DNA of 64,000 nucleotides from Candidatus Poribacteria bacterium (lineage in GTDB: Bacteria > Poribacteria > WGA-4E > WGA-3G), in the NCBI GenBank assembly GCA_964291315.2, contig OZ219753.1:2272001-2336000 (forward strand), in the 5' to 3' direction. The position numbers and the translations under genes are program-made. This document shows, one piece after another, positions 59,360-64,000 of the stretch (position 1 is the stretch's first letter; each line of letters starts with the position of its first letter). The notes under the pieces were generated by a model, which saw only the letters and a program-made list of their open reading frames with translations, ran no database searches and was not told the origin of the DNA.

Positions 59360-62300
59360 CCGTTGAAGATGTTGATACTATAACTGACTTTGAGACGCTC
59401 TTAGCGTTTTTTCGTGACACTCTCGACTGGCCGATCCCCGAAGACGTGACGCTCGGCGAGATAGCTTTCCCGTGGTCGTCATCAGAGCTGGAGCTTGATG
59501 AAACGGCTGAGGCACGCCTTGTTGCGTGTGATCAGCTGCCGCCGTTCGCGCGCGAGGCGTTGGGATTTTCTCCCGAGGTCGGCTCGCAGCCGTGGGGCAT
59601 CTTCTTTGTTGAATTCAGTAGCGAGCGGGTGTATCGCACGGAGTTGCGGCGGGTTCTGCGGGGTCTGGTTGAAAGGCGCACCCGAGATGCACGGTTGCCT
59701 GCGTGGGAGCTGGATCATCTGCTATTCATCTGCACGACTGCTGATTTCCAGCGGTTTGCGTTTGCCCACTTCGCAGGTGCGGGTGCGTCTTGGCAGGATG
59801 CGGTGCTGTCTATATTCTCGTGGGATCGTGGGGATACGCACCTTCGGACGCTGTGTGAATACAACCTGCCGGCTCTGGTGTTTCCGCGTGGCGGTTTTTC
59901 GTCGTCGCAAGCATGGGTTGCTAAATGGCAGCGTGCGTTTGATGTGGCGGCTGTGACAGATCAGTTTTTCCGTGAGTATAAGAGCGTCTTCGAATTAGTG
60001 GAGGTGGCACTGTCAGGGATCCCAAAGAGCGAGGCGGATGAGCGTCGGTTGTATACGCAGCGTCTGTTGAATCGTTTGATGTTTCTGCGTTTTCTTGAGA
60101 GAAAGGGTTGGTTGCGGTATGCGGGTCGCCGGGACTACTTGCGTGCGTTGTATGAGGCTGCAATGGGCATCGAGACTCTCTCTGGGAGTGCGGAATCTAT
60201 AAGAAGCGGGGGGGGTAATCTCTGATAAGCATAAGCCGCCTCGGACAGAGAGCTTGCTCAACGACCGGCTCTATTACGTCTTCTTCCACGGTCTCAGCAA
60301 TCCCGCCGGTGAGTCCGGATCCGAAGATGCCGCCGCTCGCACCCGGCGTGGCGATGTGCCGTTCCTCAACGGTGGCCTCTTCGAGATGCAGCCGTATGAT
60401 GAACAACACGCAGTGGATCTGCCGAACGACACCTTCGCTGACATCCTCAACCTCTTTGAACGTTATAACTTCACGATCACCGAATCGACGCCGCTAGACA
60501 TAGAGGTTGCAGTAGACCCGGAGATGCTGGGTAAGGTGTTTGAGGAACTGGTCACGGGGCGGCACGCCAGTGGGAGCTACTACACGCCGCGTGCGGTTGT
60601 CTCTTTCATGTGCAGGGAGAGCCTGAAGCTCTGCTTGCAGAAGCAGACAACGGAGAGCGCGGCGTGCCTGACACAGTTCGTAGACGGTGGCGATGCCACG
60701 GGCATTCGCGATTCAGAGGGCGTGTTAGCGGTGCTGCAGAACTTACGGGTGTGTGATCCTGCGTGTGGGAGCGGTGCGTATCTACTCGGGATGATGGGCG
60801 AACTGCTCCGCCTGCGCGATGCTCTGTTCCAAAGCGATCAGACCGATTCTGGCACGGTGTATGAACGCAAGCTGGAGATTATCCGGAAGAACCTTTACGG
60901 CGTGGACAGAGACGACTTCGCTGTCAACATTGCGATGTTGCGCCTGTGGCTGAGCCTCACAGTAGACTATGAAGGTGCCGTACCGGAACCGCTGCCGAAC
61001 TTGGACTATAAGGTTGCAACCGGAGACAGTTTGACCGGTGCAACCCCCGAACAGCTGACGCTTGAAAGGCCGTTGATCCAAGCGATACAGGAGAAACAAG
61101 CGGACTATTTCATCGCACACGGGGACGCAAAGAAAGAGGCACTCCGAGCGGAGATCGCCGCACTCCGAGCGGATCTTCAAGGCTGGCAAGATGCCCCGGA
61201 GGAGGCGTTTGTCTGGCAGGTCGAGTTTCCGGAGGTCTTCCAAGCGGGCGGTTTTGACATTGTGATTGGCAACCCGCCTTATGTGCGACAAGAACTTATC
61301 AAAGCGATGAAGCCGACTTACAAGCGGCTATTCCCAGAGGTGTATGTCGGCACCGCAGACCTCTACGTCTATTTTTACAAGCGCGGCACGGAGCTGCTGC
61401 GGAGGCACGGCATCTTGGCGTATATCTCCTCAAACAAGTTTTTGCGGGCAGCGTATGGCAGAAAACTGCGTACCTTTTTCAGCGATACCCAACGCATTCA
61501 GCGGCTGCTTGACTTTGGGAGTGTCGCTGTCTTCAAAGCGAGTGTGGATACCTGTATCCTGATCCTTGAAAATGCCACATCAGACGGAGCGCCTGTTTCG
61601 GTGGCGACGTTTCGGGATGCCTCCGATGTGCTGCGGCTGTCTGCGGCGTTTCGGGAGCGGGCGTTTCGGCTGCATCCGCGTGATTTATCAGCGGAGGGCT
61701 GGACGTTGGCATCGCCCGAGACACTGCAGCTCCTGCGGAAACTCGAAACAACTGGCACACCCCTCGGAGAATATGTGGATGGACTTTGGCGCGGGGTCGT
61801 AACAGGATATAACAAGGCATTTATCATCGATGCGGCTGTGCGGCAGCGGCTGATCTCCGAGGATCCGAAGAGCGATGAGCTCATAAAGCCTTTGCTCAGA
61901 GGGCGAGACCTTAGAAAGTGGCGGACGGATAGCACAGGGCAATATCTCATCTTCACACGGCAGGGGGTTGAGATTGACCGATACCCAGCTGTCAAGAAAC
62001 ATCTGAGCCAATATAGAGAGGCACTTGAAAATAGGGCAGCAGGACCCTATCAGTGGTATGAAATACAAGCGAATACCGCTTATTATGACAAGTTCGAAAA
62101 CCGAAGATTGTCTATAGAAGAATCGCAACATCGCTTGACGCAGGCTATGATACTAAAGGGGCATACGGTTTAGACACGATATTCTTCATACCTACTCCGG
62201 ATCTTCCTCTCCTTGCTATTCTAAATAGTAGACTTTTTGATTGGTATGCAAGATACAAAGTTTTACCTCTCAATGATCCGTGGGCAGGCGGCGGTCTGCA

Positions 62301-62526
62301 GTTTTTTTTACAATATATGAAGCAGGTTCCTATAGCAGATCGGACTGATGCACAGAAAGCAGAAGTATCATGTCTCGTTGAACAGATACTGGCAGACCTA
62401 GAGAGCGAGGTCGGGCGTGAGATTGAGCAGGAGATAGACCGGTGGGTGTATCGGTTGTATGAGTTAACAGATGCGGAGATCGCGTTGATTGAGCAGACGT
62501 ATCGTGAGGCGGGGATGGCGCGGTGA
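59347..62526 (+). pseudogene. Eco57I/TaqI-like N6-adenine DNA methyltransferase split by two frameshifts (G8 at 60208-60215; A4 at 62097-62100)
   Basis: PFLNGGLF, GSYYTP, DPACGSGAYL, GNPPY, TaqI_C-like tail; removing one G and adding one A restores one continuous frame. Confidence 0.82.
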
Positions 62527-62593
62527 AAAAGGCATTCCTGCACATTCCACTTATTCACCGCAGGCGCGTCAGTGTCTGCTTAGAAGAAGTTAG

Positions 62594-62626
62594 CATACCG
62601 CACGTTCTAAGGCGTGCGGGAGTATG
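62594..62626. terminator. Hairpin between convergent genes
   Basis: catac-cgcacg...cgtgcg-gga-gtatg inverted repeat. Confidence 0.5.
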
Positions 62627-63394
62627 TCAACGCACGAATGCTTTGAAAAGTGCAACGTAGAGTGCAAGCACCTTCTCAGGATCGGGACCCGTATAAGCGC
62701 ATTCGTTGGATATGTAACCCGTGAAGCCGATTCGGTCTAGCCATTGGAACATCTGACGATAGAGGTCGAACGTTTCGGGTTCTTCCACTCGATGTGTATG
62801 CACTGCAGTAATATGCGAAGCCACACGTGAAAAGAGCGGTTCAATACTTCCGCCGTCGCAACCGATGAACTGTGAATTGAACACAAACCCAACGTTCCGC
62901 AGGTTCACGCCTTCGATGACAGCCATCGCTGAGTCTGGATCGGTGAAGGAGCCGTGCATCTCAATAGAGACGGTAATGTCCTTTTTCACAGCGTATGTGC
63001 CCAAGGCCTTCAGTCCTTCTGTAACGTAACCGATAACGGCATCGCGATTTTCTTCAGTATACCGGTCGCCTAGCACTCGGACGTGGTTGCATTCCATAAA
63101 TTCTGCCATCTCAATCACGCGTGTAACACGCCGGAGGGTTTCCACGCGGTCAGCGGCGTTTTCGGAGTGGAAATTTTGGCAGCTCGTCAGGGAAGAGATC
63201 GCCACGCCGCTTGCGTCCACTTTTGCTTTTAAATCGTCCCACTTTTCTCTGGGCGTGTCCCATTCAAAGCCGTGTTTCTGTTGATAGTCCATTAACAGCT
63301 CGACCCCGTGATAGCCGGTAGCCTCGGCGGTGTCAAGTATGCGATCCAATTCCCACTCTTGGCAGGTCTGATAAGTATTTAATGACCATTTCAT
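62627..63394 (-). CDS. Sugar phosphate isomerase/epimerase (xylose isomerase-like TIM barrel)
   Basis: GYHGVEL, IEMHG, GFTGYISNE. Confidence 0.85.
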   Translation of the reverse strand: MKWSLNTYQTCQEWELDRILDTAEATGYHGVELLMDYQQKHGFEWDTPREKWDDLKAKVDASGVAISSLTSCQNFHSENAADRVETLRRVTRVIEMAEFMECNHVRVLGDRYTEENRDAVIGYVTEGLKALGTYAVKKDITVSIEMHGSFTDPDSAMAVIEGVNLRNVGFVFNSQFIGCDGGSIEPLFSRVASHITAVHTHRVEEPETFDLYRQMFQWLDRIGFTGYISNECAYTGPDPEKVLALYVALFKAFVR

Positions 63395-63400
63395 ATTTTG

Positions 63401-64000
63401 TTATTCCTGTATTGGGATGGGAAACCAGAGTCCCCCGGTTTTCGTGGTTAGTGCCTTATGCGTAGTGTGATTAATACCGATGACATCAATAGTGATGTTG
63501 TTTTGAACACACTTTATCAACACTTCTGGCAGCTTATAAGAGCCTTTGCTGGCTTCATCGGTAACGAGCACAAAGCGTCGGTTCACGCCTTCTCGGAAGT
63601 TGACCCGCCGCATCGTTTTTATGATAGCATTATGTGCGCGTTCATCGCCTGCAGCTGCGATAACATGTGAAGTGAGCAACCGTTTATATCGTTCATTGTC
63701 TCGTGTTTGCGGATGGATGATTGTGTCCCTATCCAGATACCTGAAAGTAACGATACCAAGCGTGAAATCAACATCTTTTTCTTCAAAAACCTCCACCATC
63801 CGATTAAGTTGTCTGCCGACTGCACGAATATTATCTATCATACTCCCACTAATGTCAAGCAGAAAAACGATGTCAACTGCGGTCTCATTTTCCCCGTCGG
63901 CGACGCTTTCGGCAATGCCTTCCAATGCTTCCCTCATTTGTCCATCTCTGTCGATCGGTTGTGTTGGCGTGTTCTTATCTCCTACTGTTTGGCTTCTATT
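63401..64000 (-). CDS. vWA domain protein (5' end probably beyond the window)
   Basis: DIVFLLDISGSM MIDAS motif, LVTDE; frame appears open to the window edge. Confidence 0.8.
   Translation of the reverse strand, partial: NRSQTVGDKNTPTQPIDRDGQMREALEGIAESVADGENETAVDIVFLLDISGSMIDNIRAVGRQLNRMVEVFEEKDVDFTLGIVTFRYLDRDTIIHPQTRDNERYKRLLTSHVIAAAGDERAHNAIIKTMRRVNFREGVNRRFVLVTDEASKGSYKLPEVLIKCVQNNITIDVIGINHTTHKALTTKTGGLWFPIPIQE

Noticed and set aside
1-64000. CRISPR arrays, tRNA, rRNA, IS transposases, integrases
   Set aside because: No regularly spaced repeats, cloverleaf or rRNA signatures, or transposase/integrase motifs were recognised by eye

Overview
Bacterial chromosomal window of moderate GC. 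Gene content (several PhyH dioxygenases and Gfo/Idh/MocA oxidoreductases, DUF1501, DUF4159, a DUF6785-like membrane protein, a LamG-like remnant) suggests Candidatus Poribacteria or a similar sponge symbiont; this is inference only. Core genes are rsmD, gmk-coaBC-rsmA, cydAB, yebC-ruvA-ruvB-queA-yajC, maf and purB. Main observations: (1) Three ORFs in the track (29804-30913) are one reading frame. It encodes a secreted tandem BCP/PrxQ peroxiredoxin with an in-frame TGA at the catalytic Cys position of both domains, each followed by a SECIS-like hairpin, i.e. a likely two-selenocysteine protein. (2) An uncharacterised cassette occurs twice (10.6-14.2 kb and 50.6-52.1 kb): Cys-rich small peptide, hairpin, membrane-anchored protein, CxCC small protein. 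The first copy contains an exact 130-bp direct repeat marking a recombination junction. (3) A PLD-SNF2 helicase plus N6-adenine methyltransferase defence pair, with the MTase frameshifted at a G8 tract and an A4 tract. (4) An orphan ClbS-like gene. (5) A structured ~185-nt intergenic RNA candidate. (6) Several enzymes with altered catalytic motifs. No tRNA, rRNA, CRISPR array or transposase was recognised.
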